Origin: a virus
Length of the DNA stretch: 64,000 nucleotides
Reading direction: 5' to 3' (one strand)
IMG/VR virus record: IMGVR_UViG_3300012923_000008
Span: 7,050-71,049 of that record
Of this stretch, positions 1 to 9,624 are shown in pieces (the first letter of the stretch is position 1; every line of letters begins with the position of its first letter). A program made the translations under genes and the position numbers. A model generated the notes under the pieces. It was not told the origin of the DNA. It did no database searches and saw only the letters and a program-made list of their open reading frames with translations.

Positions 1-1
1 A

Positions 2-3000
2 CTGGCCGGCGAGAATCGTACCTATCAAGAAATAATGACATCTTTGTCGTCGAGTGGATATGCTTTACGACAGGAGGATCGAGAAAGTGGGGCGAGATAT
101 GCCGGGAAGACGTTAACTGATTTACCTTCCCGTTCAGAACGTAAGTACTGGGAAAACTATGCCACAGGGATACATTCTCAGATAGGACAGGGAAAACTCT
201 CCTCACAAGAGGCACTGAAGGACGCAGAGAGGGTTGCGCCGATAGGTAACACTGGGATCTATACACAGTCGGTTCGGGAGGCATTTCTTTCCCCGCGGGA
301 ACAAACCGATCTCACTATTGGTGAGGCTCAGTATGGGATGTTCCCCGGCTCGGCACGGGAAATGGTACAGCCGCAGGGGTTTGCACAAGGCGGGAGTGTC
401 GCCTATTTCTCTTTCGGTGGAATCAATACCCCGCCGCCACTGGCCAATACACCGCAACCCTATAAGGGTACTGGTTCTCCTATGACTACCCCGACAATTA
501 GTGGGGGATTCACCACGGAGAGCCGGGGGTTCGTATCGCCTACGCTGTATACGGTGCATCCAAAGCCGAACCTAGGTGGTCTACTGGCGATCCTTGGTAT
601 TGGTGCAGTGGGACTTGCCGGAGTGGTAGGGCTGGAGAAACTTCTCTCTAACGACGAGAAAAAGAAGGCTGAGAGGTTACTCGCTGCGAAGGAGACCACG
701 GGTGGTTGGACTGGGCAGGGAATTCCTGATAGGTTATCGGAGGACAGTTTAAGAAGTCTTTCGACTTCGCAAATCTCTGGTCTCCCGGACGACGTGAGCG
801 GACTGTGTGGGGGTGGCGCTGTTGGGCTTCAGGAGGGTGGCATAGCTAGAGGTGAAAACACCTCTATAGAAAGTCTTCGGTATGGGATTGATCCGTTAGA
901 AGATCAATTTAGAAGCTTTGGACAACTTCAAAAATCAAGGCCTGGACCTGATTTGTCGACCGCATTGCCAGAATTGCGTAGTTCTGCTGGAGATATACTT
1001 GCCCGGGTTAAAGGAGCAAGGCAATATGACGAGTTGACAAGTCAACCGACTACGGAGAAACTGACTAGGCAAATCCATGAACACTTGAACACTACTCTCC
1101 CGCCAATGGACGTTATGAATCTACGGCAAATGCAGCAGGATGCAGAAATATATGAATCTGAGGTCGGACCGAGAACTTTAACCGGTGAACCTCCTACAGC
1201 CGGCCGGGATGTACTTATCGGACGACCAGATATGGACATTCGGGTCAATCGCGGGGAGGAACTGGATCCTAGAGGATTTACAAGGAACCCGTATGGGGGT
1301 GGCACGACAAGAGTATTACCATTCCAGGGGGGTGGGATAGTCGCGGGGATGCTACAAGAACAGGTAGAGCAGCAGGGGAGTATCTTTCCACAAAGCGAGG
1401 GCTATTCTTCCCCATCACTATTCTCTTCTTCTACCCCAACGAGTATCTCTCGTTCTATTGATCCCGGACTTGCTTCTCTCCCCGGCACGATGGCGAATGA
1501 ACTCTACCAAGCCCAGGTGGAAAAGGGGATGAACATTGGGCTCGGCTTCGGTCCCGGAGCGATGAAATTCTCCCGCCTAACGTCTAAGGCTGATACCCTT
1601 ATGCAAGAGGCGGAACGGGTACAGCTTTATGCCGAAGGTAAAGAAGATCCCGTTGCCAGTGCAATAATTGCCCGGCGGTCTTACGACCCAACGAGTGCGA
1701 AGATTGAGCTCATGAGATCGTATTTACCGTCCGAATATCCCGAGATGAAGGGTGGGTTTGCCGCTGGTATGGGCAAGGGTGTCCTTGGTTCGAGGTTTAT
1801 GTTAGAAGCGGCGAGAGAGTACTTTCGTTCTCATCCGGATATTAATGAACTTTCTGGACTTCGGGTCTCCGGGGCACGGGAACAGGCCGGGTCTGAGAGT
1901 TATGCGACGATTTATCGCTCGATGGTCCTTAAGGGGGAAAAGTCAGGTTTTCAAGAAGGTGGTGTTGCTGAAAAAGAATTTCAGCTTGCTAATGCCCAGA
2001 TCATTTATCCTGGTGGTCCGTTGATGAAACAATCGTCTATGCCCCGGATAATAGTGGACGATAAATATTGGGGTACAGCGTGGGGAGCCGGGCGTAATCA
2101 GGAGTTTCCACTCCCGGACCCGGCGAATGCGACAAAGCTAGGAATACCCAAATTCCATACTGGTGGGAAGGCATCAAATGAGGTGATAGCGAAGCTTCTT
2201 ACCAATGAGAGAGTACTGAGCCCAGACGAAACCAAAGCGTATGACTCGTTGCCGAAGTTCCACTCCGGGGGTTTTGTTTGGCCGGCATTTGCTGAGGGTG
2301 GAACGGTCTCCGATGAAGGAATGGTCGGTGGAAGTGCGAGCTATGCCTCGGCGAGAGGTGGTTCTAGTTCTACCGATGCCCGGGCGGTGTATTCGAGTAT
2401 TGGCAGTCTTTCGTCGAGTATGTCAGTTTTATCCTCTGATGTGGAGAAAGTTGCTAGTGGGTTTAAATCCTTAGAACGGGCTACGGGTCCTGCAACACAG
2501 TCTACGGGAAGACTTTCCGGTGAACTAAGTGCGGTAGGGAGTGCATTAGGGACGTTTAAGGGAATATTGAGTTCCTTTAGTAGTATGGGTAGTGGGGGTG
2601 CTGGTGGAGGAGCGGGGGGCGCCGCCGGTGGGATAGGACAGATATTTAGTCTCTTCGGTACGATAGGTGGCCTTTTTGGTCTCCAGAAGGGTGGTCTACG
2701 CGAAGTCACTGGTAGCGGCGGAACTGACTCCCAACTGGTTCAGTTCATGGCTACCCCCGGCGAAATGGTCAGTGTTACGACACCAGAACAGCATAGAGCA
2801 TCTATGGTCGGCGGGCTGCCACATTTTGCAGGTGGCGGAAATTTGACTGTGGGGAAGAGTTTGGCTTCGAATGTATCACAATCCATTCAAGGAGCAGCGA
2901 GTCAAATCACTGGTGGACCAGGAACTAGTGGAGTAAATGTTACCATTGGAAGTATCAATGGTGTGATGAATGCCCATGATGTTAAGGGGCTATTGATGTC

Positions 3001-3070
3001 TCATTTTGAGACTTTTGCCCGGGCGTTTCAGCGGGCGAGTAGGAATAACTTTGACTTGCCAGGACGCTGA
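2..3070 (+). CDS. Tail tape-measure protein, C-terminal part (frame open to the window edge)
   Basis: Long Gly/Ser/Ala-rich ORF directly upstream of the Dit gene. It carries a typical TMP C-terminal motif (GLQKGGLREVTGSGGTDSQ...TPGEMV). There is no stop upstream of 35. Confidence 0.8.
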   Translation: MAGENRTYQEIMTSLSSSGYALRQEDRESGARYAGKTLTDLPSRSERKYWENYATGIHSQIGQGKLSSQEALKDAERVAPIGNTGIYTQSVREAFLSPREQTDLTIGEAQYGMFPGSAREMVQPQGFAQGGSVAYFSFGGINTPPPLANTPQPYKGTGSPMTTPTISGGFTTESRGFVSPTLYTVHPKPNLGGLLAILGIGAVGLAGVVGLEKLLSNDEKKKAERLLAAKETTGGWTGQGIPDRLSEDSLRSLSTSQISGLPDDVSGLCGGGAVGLQEGGIARGENTSIESLRYGIDPLEDQFRSFGQLQKSRPGPDLSTALPELRSSAGDILARVKGARQYDELTSQPTTEKLTRQIHEHLNTTLPPMDVMNLRQMQQDAEIYESEVGPRTLTGEPPTAGRDVLIGRPDMDIRVNRGEELDPRGFTRNPYGGGTTRVLPFQGGGIVAGMLQEQVEQQGSIFPQSEGYSSPSLFSSSTPTSISRSIDPGLASLPGTMANELYQAQVEKGMNIGLGFGPGAMKFSRLTSKADTLMQEAERVQLYAEGKEDPVASAIIARRSYDPTSAKIELMRSYLPSEYPEMKGGFAAGMGKGVLGSRFMLEAAREYFRSHPDINELSGLRVSGAREQAGSESYATIYRSMVLKGEKSGFQEGGVAEKEFQLANAQIIYPGGPLMKQSSMPRIIVDDKYWGTAWGAGRNQEFPLPDPANATKLGIPKFHTGGKASNEVIAKLLTNERVLSPDETKAYDSLPKFHSGGFVWPAFAEGGTVSDEGMVGGSASYASARGGSSSTDARAVYSSIGSLSSSMSVLSSDVEKVASGFKSLERATGPATQSTGRLSGELSAVGSALGTFKGILSSFSSMGSGGAGGGAGGAAGGIGQIFSLFGTIGGLFGLQKGGLREVTGSGGTDSQLVQFMATPGEMVSVTTPEQHRASMVGGLPHFAGGGNLTVGKSLASNVSQSIQGAASQITGGPGTSGVNVTIGSINGVMNAHDVKGLLMSHFETFARAFQRASRNNFDLPGR

Positions 3071-3303
3071 TGGAGGGTAAGGTTGTTGATTTTATACCCG
3101 AGAAAATCGATAGGTGGAAGTATAAACAGATCTATGATCTTCTCCCCGGGAAGTCTATTCTATATGAATGGGATTTGTTCAAGAACGTTCCTGATCCTTG
3201 GAGTAATATGAGAACGGTCGCTTGGGTCTATGGTAGGAAATTAAATTGGAAACTAAGAGCCTTCAAGCGCAAAGAGGGTATTTATATTTCTCGGATCGAG
3301 TAG
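3070..3303 (+). CDS. Small basic hypothetical protein (DUF7303-like, putative DNA-binding)
   Basis: TGATG-coupled to the TMP gene. The C-terminus YGRKLNWKLRAFKRKEGIYISRIE resembles that of 53361..53666. Confidence 0.55.
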   Translation: MEGKVVDFIPEKIDRWKYKQIYDLLPGKSILYEWDLFKNVPDPWSNMRTVAWVYGRKLNWKLRAFKRKEGIYISRIE

Positions 3304-3316
3304 GTGATGTTTAATC

Positions 3317-3949
3317 ATGGCTCTTAATCAATTCCCTGCTTCTACCCGGATCTCATGGTCGGTACTTAAGACTTTGAATTGGGCTACTAGGATGCAGAGG
3401 AGCGTGGTCGGAAGAGAACTAACGATCAGTGACTACGTGTTTCCACTTTGTTCATTTATCCTTACCTGGGAAGTCCTACGAGACTATTGGGACCGGCGGG
3501 GACCGGCATCTGGTAATACTGTACTGGACGAGCTGCGGACAATTTGGAACTTCTATAATCAACAGCAGGCATCGGCCATTCCGTTTGCGTATCTTGATGT
3601 GACCGACAACACTACCCGGCCGCCGGGTGCCGGGGCTACGAATTTTATCTTCGCTACCGGTGACGGAATGACGACGCAGTTTCAGGCACTGTCCCGCCTT
3701 TTGGCTCCTGTTGTTCCTAATGTAATAACCACCGTAAATCTCAATGGATCGCCTACCGGGGCGTACACGATGGATGCTAACACTGGGATAATTACCTTTA
3801 CCTCGGCCCCCGGGATTGGTATTACTATTGGATGGGACGCCACGTACTACTACCGAGTCCGGTTCAACACCGACGGTCTTGAGGCGGAGAACTTCGCCTA
3901 TCAGTTCTGGCAAATGAAACAGTTGAAACTCTTATCAAAGGCGTATTAG
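3317..3949 (+). CDS. Distal tail protein (DUF2460 / GTA-like Dit)
   Basis: Motifs GRE, FATGDGMTTQFQ, GIITFTSAP and YYYRVRF; position after the TMP gene. Confidence 0.85.
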   Translation: MALNQFPASTRISWSVLKTLNWATRMQRSVVGRELTISDYVFPLCSFILTWEVLRDYWDRRGPASGNTVLDELRTIWNFYNQQQASAIPFAYLDVTDNTTRPPGAGATNFIFATGDGMTTQFQALSRLLAPVVPNVITTVNLNGSPTGAYTMDANTGIITFTSAPGIGITIGWDATYYYRVRFNTDGLEAENFAYQFWQMKQLKLLSKAY

Positions 3950-3950
3950 G

Positions 3951-4454
3951 ATGATAAGGCTTATAAACTCGGCTGGATTGGGTCTGGTGGAACAGTGGGA
4001 AGGACTATTCCTCACTGCATACCGGGATATTGCCGGGGTGTGGACCATTGGATATGGGCATACTGGCGGGGTGTATAAGGGAGAGACGATCACTCCCTAT
4101 GAGGCGGGTCAGTTGCTCACTGTTGATCTGGCCGAAGCGGCGGTGGAAGTCCAAGCCCGCGCCCCGCAGGCGACGGATAATCAATTCGCAGCTATGACGA
4201 GTTTTACATTTAACGAGGGAATTGGGGCTTTTCGGAGTTCGACCCTATTGAAACTCTTTAAGGCTGGCGACATCGCCGGGGCGGCGGATCAGTTCCCCCG
4301 GTGGGATAAGGCGCACGTTGACGGGCAGTTGGTCGTCGTACAGGGACTTCTTAATCGACGACTCGCTGAGAGGATGCTGTTTCTTGAAACTCCGGTCCCG
4401 GCCCTGGCTACCGAATTACTAGAATACTATCAGGGACGGAAGCAGAGACAGTGA
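3951..4454 (+). CDS. Endolysin, GH24 lysozyme
   Basis: EG...AYRDIAGVWTIGYGHT catalytic E-D-T motif, SFTFNEG and GLLNRRLAE. Confidence 0.93.
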   Translation: MIRLINSAGLGLVEQWEGLFLTAYRDIAGVWTIGYGHTGGVYKGETITPYEAGQLLTVDLAEAAVEVQARAPQATDNQFAAMTSFTFNEGIGAFRSSTLLKLFKAGDIAGAADQFPRWDKAHVDGQLVVVQGLLNRRLAERMLFLETPVPALATELLEYYQGRKQRQ

Positions 4455-4482
4455 GCAAGGAAGTCCTTTTGGATCCTCTTTC

Positions 4483-4896
4483 GTGAATGCCTCCACAGTT
4501 GCAGCGGCGATTGCAATCATGATTGCAATGCAAGGTGTCACGTTGATCTCCTGTACCGCAGCCAACGGGGCCATTTCGATGGCTGCGGTTCTTGGGATTG
4601 TTGGTGATGATAGAGGTGAACTCGTCGGTTGGTTCATGGTCATCGCTCTGCCGTTTTCAGTCGTAGCTTTCGCCACCCGGCGTTGGCTCTCCCGGCCACT
4701 ATTGGGTTTGTGTTTAGGTCCGCAGCTTCTGATTAGTATCGTCTATGCCACGGGGGCGATATCGGCGATTATTCGTGGGAGTTATGCTGATGGTGTAGCC
4801 CGTCCCCCGCAGTTCATCTTCGTTGACCAAGTGTCAATGATAGTCTTAATGATCCTTCACGCAGCTTCGGTTGCAGAAATTATAGTCAAGAAATGA
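4483..4896 (+). CDS. Membrane protein, holin/antiholin candidate
   Basis: About 4 hydrophobic segments; directly after the endolysin. The start may be the GTG at 4451. Confidence 0.55.
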   Translation: MNASTVAAAIAIMIAMQGVTLISCTAANGAISMAAVLGIVGDDRGELVGWFMVIALPFSVVAFATRRWLSRPLLGLCLGPQLLISIVYATGAISAIIRGSYADGVARPPQFIFVDQVSMIVLMILHAASVAEIIVKK

Positions 4897-5327
4897 CCAC
4901 CTGGAAAGAAGCCCTAGAATTTTTCGACCGTCCCCGTGGCGGAATGGAACTTGAGGCCGCTTTTGCATTCGCAGAGTTTTGGTTCGGTCTCAGTTTGATC
5001 CTATCGCCGGGAGGTCTTGCACTCTGGAACACTGCCGCACTACAGGATTTCTATGGTATGGCCCCGGCGGTTGCCGTTGGAATTCCTTGGGTCTTATCTA
5101 GTTGTGCTACTTTCGCGGGGCTATGGTTTTATCGTGCCGGTAATCCAATCTATGCCCCATTGCGTTGTATCGGAGGGTTCATGTCATGTTGGCTTTGGGG
5201 GTGGATTTCCATCGTGTCTGCAATCGTTGTCGTTGGGCTTTTACCGGCGTTAGGACTCTATGTGGCTGGATTCTTAGCTGGTATTCGAGTAATGTTCTCA
5301 GCGTGGCGGCAATGGCGGCGGGAATAG
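4893..5327 (+). CDS. Membrane protein, holin candidate
   Basis: About 4 TM segments with a basic C-terminus; ATGA overlap with the previous gene. Confidence 0.55.
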   Translation: MTTWKEALEFFDRPRGGMELEAAFAFAEFWFGLSLILSPGGLALWNTAALQDFYGMAPAVAVGIPWVLSSCATFAGLWFYRAGNPIYAPLRCIGGFMSCWLWGWISIVSAIVVVGLLPALGLYVAGFLAGIRVMFSAWRQWRRE

Positions 5328-5746
5328 TAGATCCGAGTATTGCTAAGGGCTCGATCGAAGCAATTGCGGCGATTATTGTCTCGGTTATTAGCTCCGCGGC
5401 GGCATTGGCTTCGGCGTTTTATGCTAATAGACAAAAGACTGACGATGCAAAAGAGGACAATCGTGACCGGGCGAATAATGCAGAAATCTCAGCGCGAGAA
5501 CAACTCTATACTGGCTTGAGCGGGGACCTACGCCGATTGCGAGAGGATTATGATTCACTTAGGACTGACCGCGCCGATCTGTGGAGGAGATTCTTAGAGG
5601 GGCAGGAACATAGTTCTCGGCAGGATAAGGCTTTGGATGATTGTGAAAGGACCAGTGCTACGCTTAAGAGAGAACTATTAGAGACTAGACAGCGATTGGC
5701 CACTTGTGAGAGAAAACTAGGTATAATAAATGGAACCAGTGAATAA
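5312..5746 (+). CDS. N-terminal TM plus coiled-coil protein (lysis accessory or i-spanin-like)
   Basis: One hydrophobic helix followed by a heptad-rich region. The ATG at 5312 is in frame with ORF 5165..5746. Confidence 0.5.
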   Translation: MAAGIVDPSIAKGSIEAIAAIIVSVISSAAALASAFYANRQKTDDAKEDNRDRANNAEISAREQLYTGLSGDLRRLREDYDSLRTDRADLWRRFLEGQEHSSRQDKALDDCERTSATLKRELLETRQRLATCERKLGIINGTSE

Positions 5747-6717
5747 TGCCCCGGCCCTGTACAGCGACGCTTCAGACGTTCCTTGACACATGGAACCCAA
5801 GTACGGGAGCACAGATCGCGGACCTTTATATCTTTACCCTTATCACAGGTGAGGTGTTTTATTATTCGGGGTTTCGGACGGCCTTGGCGGCTCCATTGGC
5901 AAACACTGACTCACCGAAGTTCCTTTTTGAGCGGGGGCCAGTATTTACCCGGACTAAGGTCAAGACACAGATTGGCCCACAGATTGATGAGTTAGAGATA
6001 GCCATGATCGTGGGGGAGAATGACCTCGTTGCGATGGATTCTGGGGGAACGCTTACTTGGCAGAGGGCATTTTGGTCGGGGATCTTCGACGGGGCAGACG
6101 TGGAGCTTCTCCGGGCATTTATTTCTGTCACCCCCGGAATCCCCGCGACTAGAACGGTGGTGGGAACCCTCACTTGGTTCTATGGTCGGATAGGGGACGT
6201 TGAGATTGGCCGGACGAGATGCATGGTCCGGGTGAAGAGTCTTCTCGATCTTCTCACGGTCCAGATGCCCCGGCGGCTTTTTCAGTCAGCGTGTAATCAT
6301 GTATTCGGCTCGCCGATGTGTGGGTTCAATAGAACCACCGGGGTAAGTGCGATAGGAAACACTACCGCATTTGGGGCACAGACTATTACCTGTGGGGCGG
6401 GGAGTGATCAGAATTCACTTAAGACGAGCTATTCGCCGGCAGTGAGTACGGCGTATGATAACGGAACAGTGATCGGTTTGGCGGGGCTAAATGCTGGATT
6501 TACACGAACTATCGGTAAACTTACCGGCGGGACGATTTATTACCTTAAGCCTTGGATTTTCCCAGTCGTTGCTGGGGTAGATACATTTACACTCCTGCCG
6601 GGGTGTAATAAACTATTGAACACGTGCATTAATACTTTTCAGAACCAGGCGGCGAATGGAAGTGCGGGGCGGTATGGTGGATTTCCGTATATTCCCCCGC
6701 CGGAGAGCGCTGTATGA
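5746..6717 (+). CDS. Tail hub protein (DUF2163 / BR0599 family)
   Basis: GIFDGA, PRRLFQSACNH...CG, PGCNKLLNTC and GGFPYIP motifs. Confidence 0.88.
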   Translation: MPRPCTATLQTFLDTWNPSTGAQIADLYIFTLITGEVFYYSGFRTALAAPLANTDSPKFLFERGPVFTRTKVKTQIGPQIDELEIAMIVGENDLVAMDSGGTLTWQRAFWSGIFDGADVELLRAFISVTPGIPATRTVVGTLTWFYGRIGDVEIGRTRCMVRVKSLLDLLTVQMPRRLFQSACNHVFGSPMCGFNRTTGVSAIGNTTAFGAQTITCGAGSDQNSLKTSYSPAVSTAYDNGTVIGLAGLNAGFTRTIGKLTGGTIYYLKPWIFPVVAGVDTFTLLPGCNKLLNTCINTFQNQAANGSAGRYGGFPYIPPPESAV

Positions 6718-7229
6718 TATACTCATCTAAGGGCGAATTCTTTACAGCTGAAAAATGTCGGTATGATGAGGTTAAGTTGAGAGATAAGGTACTGTCCGAA
6801 GCGCAGTCTTGGCTTGGAACTCCGTTCGAACATCTTCAGAGGTGCAAAGGTGCCGGGGTGGATTGTGGACAGTTCCTATTGGGGGTGTATCACAATGCTG
6901 GGTGTATCCCCCACGTCATACCTGACTACTACCCCCGAGACTTCCATTTAAATAGTGACAGGGAGTGGTATCAGGAGATTATTCTGAGATTTGCCCGGGA
7001 GATCCCCGGCCCGCCGAATCCGGGAGATCTAGCACTGTTTAAACTTAATGACGGACTGGTTTACTCTCACGGCGCTATTGTTACTTCTTGGCCGAAAGTG
7101 ATTCACTCTTTCATTCATCGGGGGGTTGTCCCCGCCGATGCGACGCAGGGATACCTTAAGGGCAACCCGGTGAAGTTCTTCGAGCCCTTGGCTTTCTTTT
7201 CTGGCGACGGTGAGAAGTGTCGTCCGTAA
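6714..7229 (+). CDS. NlpC/P60 tail peptidase
   Basis: AQSWLGTPF...GVDCG (catalytic Cys), SHGAI (His) and VIHS. Confidence 0.9.
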   Translation: MIYSSKGEFFTAEKCRYDEVKLRDKVLSEAQSWLGTPFEHLQRCKGAGVDCGQFLLGVYHNAGCIPHVIPDYYPRDFHLNSDREWYQEIILRFAREIPGPPNPGDLALFKLNDGLVYSHGAIVTSWPKVIHSFIHRGVVPADATQGYLKGNPVKFFEPLAFFSGDGEKCRP

Positions 7230-7430
7230 GGGATGGGGATTGTAAGGAGGTGGGCATTTCCCTTCTTCCCCGCCAAATCTTCTCTAACTTGAGCCCAAAG
7301 GACGGCGTAACGGACTGGTCCCCCGTTGTCATAACCGCGGATTCGCGGGGTGTGATAGGCAAGGCAGAGCAAGTCGCGCTATTGTCAAGTCATGCTTGGT
7401 ACCCCGGCACGGTGGCCGGGGCATACCAAA
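7230..7430 (+). ncRNA. Candidate structured RNA, copy A
   Basis: About 200-nt gap between tightly packed tail genes. It shares ordered motifs and a bulged 3' hairpin with 57841..58138. Confidence 0.45.
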
Positions 7431-7443
7431 GAGGGTTTATCTT

Positions 7444-9621
7444 TTGACCGGTCTTTTCCGTACCCGGCAGCCGTTTCTCCAGACTAACGCTTGGCAAAAC
7501 CAGGCTCTTAATGCCTTACACTATAATACCTCTCAGCAGGGCTCGGTCGTTCCCCTTGTTTACGGTACTGTTCGGCAGCAAATTAATCTTCTTGACTTTC
7601 AGGACTACAAAGGTCCTGTGGGGGCAAAGGGTAAGACAGGTTCGTTGCCTATAACGGGTACTCAATCTCGCTCGGCCAAGGGTGGTAGTTCGAAGAGTGG
7701 TAAGAAATCTTCTCCCGATTATAGCCTTGACGTGATGTTCGGACTTTGTCAGGGACCTATTACTGGAATAGGGAATGTCTATACTTCGGCCGGGATCGCG
7801 AATTTTGGCTCTTTGCCACTGAACTTCTACTCCGGTGCTGATGGGCAGGCGGCCGATACAACGTTTGTCAGATTCGGTTCTATCGTGGGGTATTCTGGGA
7901 CGGCTACAGTTTCTGCGACTCCGTTGGATCTTGGTCCGAGTCCGGTTCTGCCGAACATTGCCGTAGAGATCATAGGGCTCGAGGTCGGAATTAATACTGG
8001 TTCTTTTACTTCTGATGCTAACCCGGCGAATGTCATTACAGATTTTCTCACTAACTCCCGCTACGGAGTGGGATTTCCCAGTGGAAATCTCTCTGATCTT
8101 ACAACTCTTACGGGTACTTCATTTGCTGAATACTGCCAAGCCACACCGCTATTAATCTCCACTTCGCTTGATGGACATCAGAAGGCCATCGAGTGGCTCG
8201 ATGCCATTGCTAAACTGTGCAACACGGCGATGTTTTTTGCGGGGAAATTGCTCTATTTTGTTCCTTTCGGTGATCTATCGCTCAATAACAACTCCGCCAC
8301 GTGGACACCGAATCTTGTTCCGGAATATTCGCTTACTGATTACCACTTCATTCCTTGGCGACAGCATGAACTTGGCCGGGAGCCGCAGCCCGGTGAAGAC
8401 GATCCGCTACTCGTAACCCGCACTAACTCGGCCGACGCTAATAATTGGAAAAGTATAGAATACACTGACCGGGACAATTTCTACAATTCAACTACCTTGA
8501 CCGTGGACGATCAGGGACTCATCGACGCGTATGGTTTGCGTATGGGGGACTCTATCCAGGGCCGTGCATTTTGTAGCGTCATTCCTGCCCAGGTCTCAGT
8601 ACAGTTAAATATTCAGCGTGATGCCTATATTCGCAACACCCCGTATAAATTACAAATTGGCTGGCAATTCGCCCGGCTGACGCCGATGGATATTATTACC
8701 CTCACTGGTCGGCATGGCGACCTTTATCTTAACGAACAACCTGTGAGGATTCTTTCTATCGAGGAGGACGATCAGGGGGGACTCACTATCGAGGCCGAAG
8801 AAATACAGCAGGGCGTATCGTTGCCGCCGGTTGTCCCTGGGCCCCCGCCGAACGTTATCGCCTATGGTGCTTCACCGTCGAATTATAGTGCTAACTTTTT
8901 AGTCAGGACCGCGGACCTTACAATAAATTCTCCATATCCAATATCCTCTGGTGCCGCTAAAGAGAATGCGTTTATAATGATGGTGGAGACCAGGGATGAT
9001 ATTTTAGGACCAGTAGCTCCGGTAGTGAGTAGTATTACCAGTATTCCGCCTCTTACTTGGCAGAAGAGGACCGATTTTTCGGGGACCACTCTGCCCGGCC
9101 CGGTCGGGTCTAATATGGAGATTTGGTGGGCTGATTGTAGTAGTCTGGCGTCAGGGACTCTTGTTACTCCTACGGTGCATTTCTCAGGGGTGGCTTATTT
9201 GCCCCAGTTTATCATGCAAGCTGTAGCCAATGTGGGGAACCCGGCTTCGCCGTGGGATACGAATGCTAGTCTACCACATAAGGTCTCTGGAAATTCTGTA
9301 CCACCTCAGATCTCAGGGGTTTCTACGACTAAATCTAATACTGTGACTTTCGTCTGGATGACCTCCCCGCATTTTATGACCAACGTGGGCACTAATGGCG
9401 GGATGACTGTCGGATCACCGCCATTTATCGTCAGTCCATTGTCAACCGTTATCGGGAGTAGCGTTCTTGAAGTTGATACATGGGCCAATTGTTACGTGGT
9501 GTTTAATTCTCCGCAGAGCTCCCTGCTTCTAAAGCCGTTTACGCCGGATGTGAATTCTGTTGTTGGACCTTATCCGACAGTGGGATATCTCATGATCGCT
9601 GACGCTATAGTCGGAGCCTAG
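7444..9621 (+). CDS. Central tail/host-specificity (megatron/J-like) protein, N-terminal half plus an extra C-terminal domain
   Basis: VPLVYG, FGLCQGPI, DANPA..I.DFLTNSRYG and VRILSIEED motifs. TTG start at 7444 after GAGGG. Confidence 0.85.
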   Translation: MTGLFRTRQPFLQTNAWQNQALNALHYNTSQQGSVVPLVYGTVRQQINLLDFQDYKGPVGAKGKTGSLPITGTQSRSAKGGSSKSGKKSSPDYSLDVMFGLCQGPITGIGNVYTSAGIANFGSLPLNFYSGADGQAADTTFVRFGSIVGYSGTATVSATPLDLGPSPVLPNIAVEIIGLEVGINTGSFTSDANPANVITDFLTNSRYGVGFPSGNLSDLTTLTGTSFAEYCQATPLLISTSLDGHQKAIEWLDAIAKLCNTAMFFAGKLLYFVPFGDLSLNNNSATWTPNLVPEYSLTDYHFIPWRQHELGREPQPGEDDPLLVTRTNSADANNWKSIEYTDRDNFYNSTTLTVDDQGLIDAYGLRMGDSIQGRAFCSVIPAQVSVQLNIQRDAYIRNTPYKLQIGWQFARLTPMDIITLTGRHGDLYLNEQPVRILSIEEDDQGGLTIEAEEIQQGVSLPPVVPGPPPNVIAYGASPSNYSANFLVRTADLTINSPYPISSGAAKENAFIMMVETRDDILGPVAPVVSSITSIPPLTWQKRTDFSGTTLPGPVGSNMEIWWADCSSLASGTLVTPTVHFSGVAYLPQFIMQAVANVGNPASPWDTNASLPHKVSGNSVPPQISGVSTTKSNTVTFVWMTSPHFMTNVGTNGGMTVGSPPFIVSPLSTVIGSSVLEVDTWANCYVVFNSPQSSLLLKPFTPDVNSVVGPYPTVGYLMIADAIVGA

Positions 9622-9624
9622 AGC

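Noticed and set aside
7396-7430. tRNA or tmRNA suggested by the ...ACCA end (also at 58129)
   Set aside because: No T-loop, anticodon arm or matching 5' acceptor strand.
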